Of a stretch of 64,000 bases of DNA, positions 50,639 to 60,441 are shown piece by piece (position 1 is the stretch's first letter; every line of letters begins with the position of its first letter). The notes beneath the pieces are model-generated. The model was given only the letters and a program-made list of their open reading frames with translations. It did not search any database and had not been told where the DNA came from. The position numbers and the translations under genes were made by a program. Source of the DNA: an uncultured Fidelibacterota bacterium (GTDB lineage: Bacteria; Fidelibacterota; UBA8477; JABMPR01); NCBI GenBank assembly GCA_937888365.1, contig CALBFA010000041.1:1689-65688 (forward strand). Direction: 5' to 3'.

Positions 50639-51802
50639 TTGAAGAATATTAAAAATAAGAAGACAGGGTTATTCCCTGTTTTCTTATTTATAGGACTCTT
50701 CATTGTCTCATTTGCTCATGGATTTGAAACCCAAGGGTTATGGGTGGTTCGCGGTACACTCGCTTCAAAAGCAAATATTGACAATCTTATAAATTTTGCT
50801 CACGAAAATCATTATACAGATTTATTTGCGCAAGTTCGTGGAAGGGGAGACGCATACTATGCCAGTAATTTCGTTGTTTCGCCTCAAGGCCGCAATTTTC
50901 AAAATTTCGATCCACTTGCATATTTAATTATTGAAGCACATCGCAAAAACATAAAAGTCCATGCTTGGATCAATGCCTATTTAGTCTGGTCAAGACACGA
51001 GCTTCCCATAGATGAAAATCATTTAGCGAATAAGCATCAAGAATGGCTAGATGCAAATTTCTCTGGTAATAATGGAATTGATGAATTGAAAACTACGGGT
51101 AAAAATGGAAATGAGGGTCTGTATTTATCACCAACCCATCCTGAAGTAAATCAATATATTTTGGCTGTCGTTGATGAAATAATAAGCAAATATGATGTCG
51201 ATGGCATCCACTATGACTATATTAGATATCATGATAGCCAATATGGTTTTAGTCGCGGGGGGCGGAAATCATTTTTGCTTAAATATCAAGTTGATCCTTT
51301 ATCGCTTTTTCAAAATAGCGGCTCTTATTGGTTTAGGATGAGCGAAGAAGAATCTGGAAAAGTACAGGAAAAATGGAATAAGTTTCGCGAAAGCCAAATT
51401 ACGGATCTCGTTTTAATTACACGAAACATGCTTAAAAATAAGGCTCCTAAAGTGTTGCTTTCAGCAGCCGTTAAACCAAATATACATGTTGCGAAAACAA
51501 GGTATTTTCAAAATTGGCCATTGTGGCTCCAATATGATCTTTTAGATTTTGTCGTGCCTATGAATTATGCAAAAGAAACGCCTGATTTTGAAAACAACAT
51601 CTTTTTATATCAATCTGCTGGTATTGATTTTGACAAGATTTATATGGGTGTTGCAACCTATAATCAATCCAATTCTTCCGCCGCTGATAAAATTAGAGCG
51701 ACACGCAGAAGAGGATTTAAAAATATCGTCATCTTTTCCTATGACACACATTTAGACAAACCTCAATATTTTAAAAAGATTCATAAAGCATTTAAATATT
51801 AG
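50639..51802 (+). CDS. Glycoside hydrolase-like 10 (GHL10/UPF0748) family exported protein
   Basis: GLWV, QVRGRGDA.Y.S, FDPL, VHAW, YDVDGIHYDYIRY, PMNY. Confidence 0.85.
   Translation: MKNIKNKKTGLFPVFLFIGLFIVSFAHGFETQGLWVVRGTLASKANIDNLINFAHENHYTDLFAQVRGRGDAYYASNFVVSPQGRNFQNFDPLAYLIIEAHRKNIKVHAWINAYLVWSRHELPIDENHLANKHQEWLDANFSGNNGIDELKTTGKNGNEGLYLSPTHPEVNQYILAVVDEIISKYDVDGIHYDYIRYHDSQYGFSRGGRKSFLLKYQVDPLSLFQNSGSYWFRMSEEESGKVQEKWNKFRESQITDLVLITRNMLKNKAPKVLLSAAVKPNIHVAKTRYFQNWPLWLQYDLLDFVVPMNYAKETPDFENNIFLYQSAGIDFDKIYMGVATYNQSNSSAADKIRATRRRGFKNIVIFSYDTHLDKPQYFKKIHKAFKY
50654..50688 (+). terminator. 15-bp hairpin after rplQ, overlapping the 5' end of the next CDS
   Basis: aataagaagacaggg-ttatt-ccctgttttcttatt. 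Confidence 0.55.
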
Positions 51803-51811
51803 GAGATTCCA

Positions 51812-53464
51812 ATGAGTCGTATCGTTAATCCACCAACAGGAACGAAACTACATTGCAAAGGCTGGCATCAAGAAGCCGCCTATCGTATGATTCAACATAA
51901 CCTGAGTCCCGACGTTGCTGAACATCCAGAAAACCTCATAGTGTATGGTGGCTATGGAAAAGCTGCGCGTAATTGGGATGCCTTTGATGCAATTTTAAAA
52001 ACTTTAGAAACGCTTGAGAATGACGAAACATTACTCATTCAATCGGGCAAACCCGTCGGTGTTTTTAAGACTCATCATTATGCACCAAGAGTATTGATTT
52101 CCAATACAATGCTCGTTCCGAATTGGGCTAATTGGGAACATTTCAATGAGCTTGACAAAAAAGGTCTCATGATGTATGGACAAATGACGGCGGGAAGCTG
52201 GATTTATATTGGCACTCAAGGAATATTGCAAGGGACTTACGAAACGTTAGCCTCCCTGGCAAAAATTCATTTTGATGGCTCACTCGTTGGCAAAATGGTC
52301 GTGACAACCGGTCTCGGAGGTATGGGCGGCGCTCAACCATTGGCCATAACTATGAACGGTGGTGTCGCAATTGTGATTGAAGTGGACAAAACTCGCATCC
52401 AAAAACGAATTGAAAAACGATATTTAGATAAAACTACGGATACATTATCAGAAGCAATGCAATGGGCAACTGAAGCCATTTCAATGAAAAAGAGCCTTAG
52501 CATTGGACTTCTTGGAAACGTCGCAGATATTCTGCCTGAAATGCTTAAACAGAATATTATTCCCGATGTTGTAACAGATCAAACATCTGCACATGATGAA
52601 TTGCGCGGCTATATTCCTCATGGTATCTCTTTCGAAGAAGCGAATATTTTACGTGATGAAAATCCTAAAAAATACATCGAAATGGCCTATGCTTCCATGG
52701 CTCGACACGTCCAGGCTATGTTGGACTTCCAAAAAGCGGGTTCGATTGTTTTTGACTATGGTAACAATATTAGAGCCCAAGCCGAAAAGGCAGGGATCAA
52801 GAATGCGTTTGATTTTCAAGGATTTGTCCCTGAATATATCCGCCCCCTTTTCTGCGAAGGCAAAGGTCCTTTTCGCTGGGTTGCATTAAGCGGCGACCCC
52901 AACGATATCTACCGAACGGATGAATTAGTGAAAGAATTATTTCCTGAAGATAAATCCTTAATTCGTTGGATTGATATGGCGCATGATCAAGTTGAGTTCC
53001 AAGGACTACCTAGTAGGATTTGTTGGCTTGGATATGGCGATAGAGCAAAATTAGGACTCGCTATTAATAAACTGGTTCGTGATGGTGAAATTTCCGCGCC
53101 GATTGTCATAGGTCGAGACCATTTAGATTCAGGAAGTGTCGCATCACCTAACCGAGAAACAGAGGGCATGAAAGATGGCAGCGATGCCGTCGCGGATTGG
53201 CCTATACTAAACGCTTTGACGAATGCCGTAGGCGGCGCAAGTTGGGTCTCTGTGCATCATGGAGGCGGAGTTGGACTCGGTTACTCTATACACGCAGGCA
53301 TGGTCATTCTAGCCGACGGTAGCGAAGAAATGGACAAGCGTCTTGAAACAGTTTTGACTATCGACCCTGGAACGGGTGTGATGCGCCACGCCGATGCGGG
53401 TTATGATAGTGCGATTCAAGTCGCAAAGGAACGTGGCATTAAATTGCCCATGATTACTGAATAG
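51812..53464 (+). CDS. hutU: Urocanate hydratase
   Basis: [44 protein letters not shown]. Confidence 0.98.
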   Translation: MSRIVNPPTGTKLHCKGWHQEAAYRMIQHNLSPDVAEHPENLIVYGGYGKAARNWDAFDAILKTLETLENDETLLIQSGKPVGVFKTHHYAPRVLISNTMLVPNWANWEHFNELDKKGLMMYGQMTAGSWIYIGTQGILQGTYETLASLAKIHFDGSLVGKMVVTTGLGGMGGAQPLAITMNGGVAIVIEVDKTRIQKRIEKRYLDKTTDTLSEAMQWATEAISMKKSLSIGLLGNVADILPEMLKQNIIPDVVTDQTSAHDELRGYIPHGISFEEANILRDENPKKYIEMAYASMARHVQAMLDFQKAGSIVFDYGNNIRAQAEKAGIKNAFDFQGFVPEYIRPLFCEGKGPFRWVALSGDPNDIYRTDELVKELFPEDKSLIRWIDMAHDQVEFQGLPSRICWLGYGDRAKLGLAINKLVRDGEISAPIVIGRDHLDSGSVASPNRETEGMKDGSDAVADWPILNALTNAVGGASWVSVHHGGGVGLGYSIHAGMVILADGSEEMDKRLETVLTIDPGTGVMRHADAGYDSAIQVAKERGIKLPMITE

Positions 53465-54664
53465 ATGTCATTACAAGGACTCACAAATTTAGGTGAATGG
53501 ATCGCATGGAATCCTCTTTTAAAAAAAATGGAAGTCCATCATGGTGGTAGTATTATTTTTGAAAAGGGAATCGTTTCAGAGGTCTCTAAGAAACACTACG
53601 AGAGTACTCATTTTTTAGATGTCCAAGGACGCTTTGTTTCACCTGGATTCGTTGACTCCCATACACATCCTGCTTTTGCAGAGACGCGAGAGCTGGAATT
53701 TGAACTCCGGTCTCAAGGGAAAAGCTATCAAGAAATTGCAGCTGCAGGTGGCGGCATCCGTAACTCTGTCCGAAAATTAAGAAATTATCCAGAAGATCAA
53801 CTTGTTGATTGTATTTCTTCGAGATTTACACAATTTTTAGCCCACGGAACAACAACTCTCGAATGTAAAAGCGGTTATGGGCTTTCGACAGAAAGTGAAT
53901 TAAAATCACTGCGAGCCATTCAAAAAGCATCGAATCAATCACCGATTCAAACGAAATCCACATTTCTTGGCGCTCATGAAATACCTGATGAATATCGAGA
54001 TAATCGCGAAAAATATATTGACCTTTTAATCCATGAAATGTTACCGCTAGTCAAGGAGCAAAACCTAGCCGAATTTTGCGATGTGTTTTGTGAAGACGGC
54101 GTATATACGACATCCGAGACACAACAAATATTTGTTGCCGCTAAAACATTAGGCTTTAAACTTAAACTGCATGCTGATGAATTTGCCAGCACAGGTGGCG
54201 CAGAATTAGCCGTGGAAATGGGTGCGCTTTCCGCCGATCATTTAATGGCGATTTCGGATAGGGGTATTCAAAAATTATCGGGGAGCGATACCGTCGCCAC
54301 TTTATTGCCTGGAACGACCCTTTTCTTAGGGACACATACCTATGCACCTGCCCGTAAACTGCTGGATAATAAGGTTCATGTCGCTTTGGCTACTGATTAT
54401 AATCCTGGTAGCAGCATGATTTTATCGATGCCCATGATTCTTTCTTTAGCCGTCATTTATCTACACATGAAACCCCTAGAAGCGTTCCAGTCTTCGACAA
54501 TTGAAGGCGCTCGAGCATTAGGCATCTCTGACAAAACGGGCACAATTTATCCAAACTTTGGAGCCGATTGTGTCGTATGGAATGCAAAGAATCATCGTCA
54601 AATTCCTTATCATATCGCTCAAAATTTAGTCAAACATACCATTGTCAAAGGCACTATCGTTTAG
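53465..54664 (+). CDS. hutI: Imidazolonepropionase
   Basis: PGFVDSHTH, KSGYGL, LGAH, HADE, ATDYNPGS. Confidence 0.96.
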   Translation: MSLQGLTNLGEWIAWNPLLKKMEVHHGGSIIFEKGIVSEVSKKHYESTHFLDVQGRFVSPGFVDSHTHPAFAETRELEFELRSQGKSYQEIAAAGGGIRNSVRKLRNYPEDQLVDCISSRFTQFLAHGTTTLECKSGYGLSTESELKSLRAIQKASNQSPIQTKSTFLGAHEIPDEYRDNREKYIDLLIHEMLPLVKEQNLAEFCDVFCEDGVYTTSETQQIFVAAKTLGFKLKLHADEFASTGGAELAVEMGALSADHLMAISDRGIQKLSGSDTVATLLPGTTLFLGTHTYAPARKLLDNKVHVALATDYNPGSSMILSMPMILSLAVIYLHMKPLEAFQSSTIEGARALGISDKTGTIYPNFGADCVVWNAKNHRQIPYHIAQNLVKHTIVKGTIV

Positions 54665-54666
54665 AT

Positions 54667-55404
54667 ATGAAAAAACTATTTATAATAATTTATTTGATGT
54701 CTTTTGCGTGGGCTCAAGCTCAAGCTCAAGTCACTCTCCATTTTGAACATCGCAATCCTTCTGTCGTTTCGGACACTTTGAAATTGTCATTAATGATGGA
54801 AAATAGCGTTGATGTCCGAGGTCTAGAGCTCAATATTTTACCGTTTGGATCTGATATTTCTTATTTAAATATGGCTTTGACGCCTCGCTCCAACATGTTT
54901 TCTCTTATCGATACTTTGTATTCGAATGGCCAATTGCGCATGATTATGACAAGTTTAGCCGGACTTGATATCCTTACAGGGACTGGCGAAATAGCCCATT
55001 TAAATTTTCTTATAAATAATTCTAATCAAACATGCACACCATTACAATTCGGATTTGTCATGGCTTCTGGTCCCGGGACGACGACTTTTAATGTCGATGC
55101 CATTGATTTTTGTGCTGATTTAACCAATATCTCATCTCCCAAATTTACGTTGGATACATTTCAATTATCGTGCTTCCCAAACCCCTTCAACAATACTTTG
55201 AATATATCGTGGATGCCTTCTACGCATGCAACTTCGATCGCTATATTCAACATTCGAGGTGAGGGCGTGTTGAGTCTTCCAGCACTTTCAATGAAGCAGA
55301 ATTCATACAGATGGGAAACTCAAAATATGCCATCAGGTATATATATGGTTCAAATAACGAATTCTATAAAAAGTCAATATCAGCGCGTTTTGCTGCTGCA
55401 ATAA
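54667..55404 (+). CDS. Secreted protein with cohesin-like Ig fold and T9SS-type-A-like C-terminal domain
   Basis: Signal peptide; FPNPFN...IFNIRG...W....PSGIY.V....RVLLLQ. Confidence 0.7.
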   Translation: MKKLFIIIYLMSFAWAQAQAQVTLHFEHRNPSVVSDTLKLSLMMENSVDVRGLELNILPFGSDISYLNMALTPRSNMFSLIDTLYSNGQLRMIMTSLAGLDILTGTGEIAHLNFLINNSNQTCTPLQFGFVMASGPGTTTFNVDAIDFCADLTNISSPKFTLDTFQLSCFPNPFNNTLNISWMPSTHATSIAIFNIRGEGVLSLPALSMKQNSYRWETQNMPSGIYMVQITNSIKSQYQRVLLLQ

Positions 55405-55426
55405 TTCAAAATAAACGGAGACTTCT

Positions 55427-56128
55427 ATGTTTAGGAATACTTTCTTTGTCCTTATTGTATCCATTCTATTATTTGGATGTTTACCAAGTTTGGGACCCAA
55501 TTTAAAACCGGGAATTGAGCTATCAAATAGGGGGAAAAAGAAATCAGCCTTGACATATTATGAGTCTCAACTCGTTCAATATCCAAGCGATAAACAATTA
55601 TTTTCTTACTTAACGACGACTAGCCTTGAAGCACATGATGTTGAAAAGGCGAAAGGTTATTTTAGGCAAGCCATTGAATTAGGTGTTGCGGAAAACGAGC
55701 TATCGGAAATGTGCCTCAATATTTCCTTAAAAAAATTGGATTACGCTATGGGAAAAGACAATTGGGACGAAGCCAAAATGTGGTCTATCTATCTAAATCG
55801 CGAATTCGAAGACAGCAACGAATCCAAATATGCAACAATCATGATGACGGCGTATGGCGAAATGAATAAAGGGGGTCATAAACAATTATGGGAGTCAATC
55901 GCCGATTTTGCTAAAGCAAGTGCGTATTCTAAAAATTCGGGAATACCGTATTATATGATGGCTAAAGCACGATTAAAATTATCCAAAACGGATTTGGAAC
56001 CAGCCATTTTGGATATGACCAAAGCAAAAACTATTGAGCCCAATGGTGCATTTATAAAAGATTTAAACGCTGATTTAAAATTAGTAAACGAGCGTAAAAA
56101 GAAAATGGAAGCTTTTTGGGGCAAATAA
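55427..56128 (+). CDS. TPR-like lipoprotein
   Basis: Lipobox LFGC; helical repeats. Confidence 0.65.
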   Translation: MFRNTFFVLIVSILLFGCLPSLGPNLKPGIELSNRGKKKSALTYYESQLVQYPSDKQLFSYLTTTSLEAHDVEKAKGYFRQAIELGVAENELSEMCLNISLKKLDYAMGKDNWDEAKMWSIYLNREFEDSNESKYATIMMTAYGEMNKGGHKQLWESIADFAKASAYSKNSGIPYYMMAKARLKLSKTDLEPAILDMTKAKTIEPNGAFIKDLNADLKLVNERKKKMEAFWGK

Positions 56129-56197
56129 TTTCAAAAAGTTTTCAACCATAAGGTGCGTTTATACCCATATCGCTAGTCCTTAATAACAGTAAAAAAC

Positions 56198-56854
56198 TTA
56201 TTTTTTCCGCTTAAAGACGATTGCTTTCTCAAATTTGTTTTCGGTTCCATTTTTAATTTTGGTAATATTGGACCGATGTGTAAAAACAATAAAGACAGCG
56301 ATTAATATTGAAAATATTTTTAAAGTTGAGGACGTGTTCATATCCTTGCTAAATGCATCAATTAAAAAAACGACAATCGGTAGCGTCGTAGCAGCGAGCA
56401 TAGATCCAAGGGACACGATGCCAGACGACATCAGCGTAAGAATGAATACGACAATACAAATGGGGAGTGCAATTGGAAACAAAGCGATAAGCATTCCTGC
56501 GGCTGTTGCAACACCTTTGCCGCCTTTAAAACCCGCAAAGATTGTATAAGTATGACCAAGAACCGCCGAAAATCCTGCAACAATCATAAGTATGTCAAGG
56601 TGATCGGAAAGTAACATCCCTTCAAATTTATAAATGCTAATGAGATAAGTTGGAAGCCAACCTTTAAAAATATCAACGATGGTAACGAAAAGGGCAGGTT
56701 TCCATCCGAAGGTTCTAAAAATATTCGTTGCTCCGGCATTACCTGAGCCATGGTCTCTTACATCTGTTTTATAAATGAGTTTTGAAACAATGATAGCTGT
56801 CGGGAATGAACCAATGACATAGCTTGTAAATATCATAAGTATTAATGGAAACAT
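56198..56854 (-). CDS. plsY: Glycerol-3-phosphate 1-O-acyltransferase
   Basis: GSGNAGATN, DIFKG, LGH....FKGGKGVAT, HRSNI. Confidence 0.96.
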   Translation of the reverse strand: MFPLILMIFTSYVIGSFPTAIIVSKLIYKTDVRDHGSGNAGATNIFRTFGWKPALFVTIVDIFKGWLPTYLISIYKFEGMLLSDHLDILMIVAGFSAVLGHTYTIFAGFKGGKGVATAAGMLIALFPIALPICIVVFILTLMSSGIVSLGSMLAATTLPIVVFLIDAFSKDMNTSSTLKIFSILIAVFIVFTHRSNITKIKNGTENKFEKAIVFKRKK

Positions 56855-57112
56855 GGGATTATACCTTTCGTAATGGTGAATCAATTATTTCATGCATGCG
56901 AATGTAAAATGGAAGATAAAATGATGAAGTCAACTAAGAAATTGATGTGAATTATCCCTTAGATTATTTTAATAAATTATTAAAAAAGAGTTGTGTGAAT
57001 AGAACATTTCCATATTTTTCCCCCGTTCGTAAATACTTCGAACGATGTTTTTTCAAAGACAATTTCCCGTAGAATCGGGATGAACAATATGAGCAATTAA
57101 ATTGGAGGACTT

Positions 57113-57397
57113 ATGTCTTTAAAGATTACTGATGAATGTATTAATTGCGGCGCTTGCGAACCAGAATGCCCAAATACAGCTATTTATGAAGAAGGTGCAG
57201 AATATGAACTTAATGGAGCTTCCTTTGATGCTCTTTCTGATGATTACTATTATATCGTTGCAGCTAAATGTACCGAATGTAAAGGTCATTTCGAAGAATC
57301 ACAATGTGTGGAAGTTTGTCCAGTTGACTGTATCGTTGTTGGTGAAGAAGAAGATGACGCCACATTAATGGCTCGCTACGAATCACTAAAAGTATAA
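57113..57397 (+). CDS. YfhL-type 2[4Fe-4S] ferredoxin
   Basis: [12 protein letters not shown] and CTEC....[10 protein letters not shown]. Confidence 0.93.
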   Translation: MSLKITDECINCGACEPECPNTAIYEEGAEYELNGASFDALSDDYYYIVAAKCTECKGHFEESQCVEVCPVDCIVVGEEEDDATLMARYESLKV

Positions 57398-57416
57398 AAC
57401 CAACTTATTACAATTT

Positions 57417-57443
57417 AAAAGCTCGGTTTTCCGGGCTTTTTTT
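57417..57443. terminator. Bidirectional terminator
   Basis: aaaagctcgg-tttt-ccgggctttttt between convergent genes. Confidence 0.75.
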
Positions 57444-57506
57444 GTATCAAATTTTCTAGAAATAATATTTAGTCAAGTAATATGGGAAATGAATTTATAA
57501 TACATT

Positions 57507-58748
57507 TCAAGGCGAAACACTTTGCATAATTATTCCACAAATCCATGCACCATACGTGCCAACAGCATATCCAAAGACTGCAAGTAAAACTCCCACAGAC
57601 GCGAGAGATGGATGGAACGCTGAGGCAACAATAGGAGCCGAAGCTGCACCACCAATATTGGCTTGGCTTCCAACTGCGAGGAAAAAGAAGGGTGCCTTAA
57701 TTAATTTTGCGACAATTATGAGTAGAACCGCATGAATACTTATCCAAATAAGTCCAACAATAAATAATCCGGGGAAATCAAAAATAGCGAGGAGATCCAT
57801 TTTCATGCCGATTGTGGCGACGAGTATATATAGAAATAGGCTCCCAAATTTTGATGCACCGACACGCTCTAAATGTCGTAATTTGGTAAATGATAAAATT
57901 AGTGCGATGGTTGTTGAAATGACAATTAACCAGAAGAATCCTGATGTTAAGCTAAATCGTGATAAATAAGGTGCGTTGGCCTGAATGAATGGCGCGATAA
58001 AGTCGGCACTCAAATGAGCAAAAGCCGTCACACCAAAACCAACACCCATTATGGTAAATAAATCAACCAAATCTGGTATTTTTGCATTTTCTTGCTGATA
58101 TTTTTCCATTTTCTCTTGCAATGATGTTATTGAAGACGTGTCGCTTTTAAGCCATCTATCGATTCGTGTATGAATCCCTGCACCATAAAGTAGAAAGGCC
58201 ATCCAAATATTTGCGACAACAACATCGACGGTAATCATTGCTGAGAAAAGTTTGTCATTTACTTCAAAGACTTCCTTCATAGCTGCCTGATTAGCGCCTC
58301 CGCCTATCCAACTGCCTGCAACCGTCGTTAAGCCGCGCCAAACAGCTTCTGACCCCACACCACCGACGGTTTCTGGTGAAAATTGCGACACTATTAAAAT
58401 AGCGATTGGTCCCCCAATGATGACACCAATCGTTCCCATAAGAAATAATATTAAAGCTTTTGATCCGAGTTTGAGAATTTCCTTTAGATCAATGCTTATA
58501 GTCAATAGAACGAGACTTGTAGGAAGAAGGTATCGTGAAGCCACAAAATAAAGTTTTGAGTCATCACCGGAAATAATACCAAGGGAATTAAAGAATGAAG
58601 GGATGAAATATGCGAGCAGAAGTGCGGGGACAAATGAATAGAACTTTGACCAAAATGGGTTTGAGCTTTTACTTGTCCTGAAAATAAATACGAGAATTCC
58701 GAGAAGAATGCCAAATACAATGGCATCGTTTGTGATAAGAGCATTCAT
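57507..58748 (-). CDS. DUF819 family membrane protein
   Basis: GSWIGGGANQ, GSQANIGGAASAP, many TM segments. Confidence 0.85.
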   Translation of the reverse strand: MNALITNDAIVFGILLGILVFIFRTSKSSNPFWSKFYSFVPALLLAYFIPSFFNSLGIISGDDSKLYFVASRYLLPTSLVLLTISIDLKEILKLGSKALILFLMGTIGVIIGGPIAILIVSQFSPETVGGVGSEAVWRGLTTVAGSWIGGGANQAAMKEVFEVNDKLFSAMITVDVVVANIWMAFLLYGAGIHTRIDRWLKSDTSSITSLQEKMEKYQQENAKIPDLVDLFTIMGVGFGVTAFAHLSADFIAPFIQANAPYLSRFSLTSGFFWLIVISTTIALILSFTKLRHLERVGASKFGSLFLYILVATIGMKMDLLAIFDFPGLFIVGLIWISIHAVLLIIVAKLIKAPFFFLAVGSQANIGGAASAPIVASAFHPSLASVGVLLAVFGYAVGTYGAWICGIIMQSVSP

Positions 58749-58958
58749 AAAGTATTTCCTTATTTTGATGCTAAGCTATCCCTTAGCGGCGTGAATATAG
58801 GATGTATAGTGAGTGGGGGAATGAGAAATTGTTTGATTCTCCAATTGAATCTATTGTAAAGAATAATGACTACATTATTAAGATCGAATGTTCTATTTAA
58901 AATATAAAGATATGGATTGTTATTTGCAGTATTAAATTTGCGCTAAAAGGGGGGTGTT

Positions 58959-59630
58959 ATGAAAAAAAATATTTATATCCTTGGGTTGATTGTATTAATT
59001 GTAGGTTGTGCATCATTTAGGACAGACATCGAGGGAGCGAGTGGGCTTGAGACCCAAAAAAACGTGGGTGCTGATCCAGTGGATGTCTTATTTATTGCCA
59101 AACACCTGGAACAGACACGAGGTTTGGATGCGATTCCGAAATTACAAAATCGATATGATATACTACAAGGTTTTGATGATATTCTTCTCGATGCGACCTC
59201 AGAGTTTTCAAACCTACGTCGCTTTGCTTCTTATACTGAATTCTCGTCTGATTTAAGCGACCCAAAACGGATTGCCTTAAAAGATTCGCTGATGTCACAG
59301 TATAAAATCCGTATATCCATGGAGTTTCGTAAGGAGAAATCCTTTAGTAAATATTTCTTAGGAACGCTAGGATCCGTCTTTTCATTAACGTTAGCACCGA
59401 TTCCTTATACGCAAGAATACTATTTAAAAGTTGATGTTTATGATGCAAATGGACGATATCAAAAATCATATGATAGAAGCGCAAAAACGACGAAATGGGT
59501 GGAAGCGTTTCTTTTACCCATTTATCCATTCCATACAGAGAAGCGAAAAACCGAAGAAATCTATGTCGCATTTTTGCATGACGTCTTTCGGCAAATTGAA
59601 TCGGATAGGATTTTGAACATGGGTGAATAA
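58959..59630 (+). CDS. Hypothetical lipoprotein
   Basis: Lipobox IVGC after hydrophobic signal. Confidence 0.7.
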   Translation: MKKNIYILGLIVLIVGCASFRTDIEGASGLETQKNVGADPVDVLFIAKHLEQTRGLDAIPKLQNRYDILQGFDDILLDATSEFSNLRRFASYTEFSSDLSDPKRIALKDSLMSQYKIRISMEFRKEKSFSKYFLGTLGSVFSLTLAPIPYTQEYYLKVDVYDANGRYQKSYDRSAKTTKWVEAFLLPIYPFHTEKRKTEEIYVAFLHDVFRQIESDRILNMGE

Positions 59631-59701
59631 AAAAAGCCCCTGATTTCTCAAGGGCTTTGCGGGACCGATCCCGACGCGTGGGTCGGGACGACCTCCACCG
59701 T
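59631..59701 (-). repeat. Duplicated tRNA-Asp 3' end plus terminator, with T-arm replaced by a foreign hairpin
   Basis: 59631-59668 matches 59966-60004 (1-nt indel); 59689-59697 matches 60020-60028; 59669-59688 is tcccgac-gcgtgg-gtcggga. Confidence 0.9.
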
Positions 59702-59710
59702 AAATTAAAA

Positions 59711-59959
59711 TCAATTGTCAAATTGTTGAATGAGATTTAAGAGAAGTTCTCGACGCCATTTTTTTAGCTGTTTTTCCCGAATCATCGCATCGCCTCTATT
59801 TCCAAATATTTCGGTATATACTAAAACCCAAGGTCCTTTATGCTTGGTATAAGGATTATCCCCTGCGTTGTGTCTTTCGATTCGCTTTTCTAAATCAGAT
59901 GTTTGTCCGATATAGAAACGGTCTTCAGAATTTTGTAGAATAGATAAAGTATATGTCAT
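59711..59959 (-). CDS. Small GIY-YIG nuclease family protein (UPF0213/Slx1-like)
   Basis: FYIGQT.DL..RI.RHN.G..YT....PW.LVY.E.....A..RE.QLK.W. Confidence 0.9.
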   Translation of the reverse strand: MTYTLSILQNSEDRFYIGQTSDLEKRIERHNAGDNPYTKHKGPWVLVYTEIFGNRGDAMIREKQLKKWRRELLLNLIQQFDN

Positions 59960-59965
59960 CAAATT

Positions 59966-59995
59966 AAAAAGCCCCTGATTTCTCAAGGGCTTTTG
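59966..59995 (-). terminator. Terminator of tRNA-Asp
   Basis: aaaaagccc-ctgatttctcaa-gggctttt inverted repeat. Confidence 0.75.
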
Positions 59996-60069
59996 CGGGA
60001 CCGACGAGGCTCGAACTCGCGACCTCCAACGTGACAGGCTGGCGTTCTAACCAACTGAACTACGGACCC
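59996..60069 (-). tRNA. tRNA-Asp(GTC)
   Basis: Reverse complement folds as a cloverleaf; CCAGC-CT-GTC-AC-GTTGG; T-arm GCGAG-TTCGAGC-CTCGT. Confidence 0.95.
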
Positions 60070-60084
60070 AATATTTCAAATATA

Positions 60085-60315
60085 TTACTTGCGTTTTTTA
60101 TACATAATGGCTGCAGGAATGATGCCTAAATAGGCGATCAATAACATAATTGGAGAAATCGTTAATGATTGTGTACTATTAAGTTCTCCTGTGGCCATGA
60201 CCACATATCCTACAACGATGACAAATAACCCTGCGATAAAGATAAAGACATTTTGCTTTTCAAAGGAGAGGCCCGAAAGCCAGTGGTCTGAATGCTTATT
60301 TACTTCTCTCTCCAT
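60085..60315 (-). CDS. DUF3098-like small membrane protein
   Basis: F.KQN......G...IVVGYVVM......SLTISP..L..AY....AIM pattern. Confidence 0.65.
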   Translation of the reverse strand: MEREVNKHSDHWLSGLSFEKQNVFIFIAGLFVIVVGYVVMATGELNSTQSLTISPIMLLIAYLGIIPAAIMYKKRK

Positions 60316-60441
60316 CGCGACGGCAATGATAATTGACTTACAAATAAATGCAAATAAAATATTTAATATTTTAAAAATAAGTACACGCGTTGACATGATA
60401 CGTATAAGCTCTATATTCGCCCAAAATGAAACCGACTACTC

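Noticed and set aside
51812..54664. Incomplete hut pathway (no hutH/hutG)
   Set aside because: hut genes are often dispersed; absence from this window is uninformative.
59631..59701. Second functional tRNA or prophage att site
   Set aside because: Only the 3' part is present, the T-loop is destroyed, and there are no integrase or phage genes.
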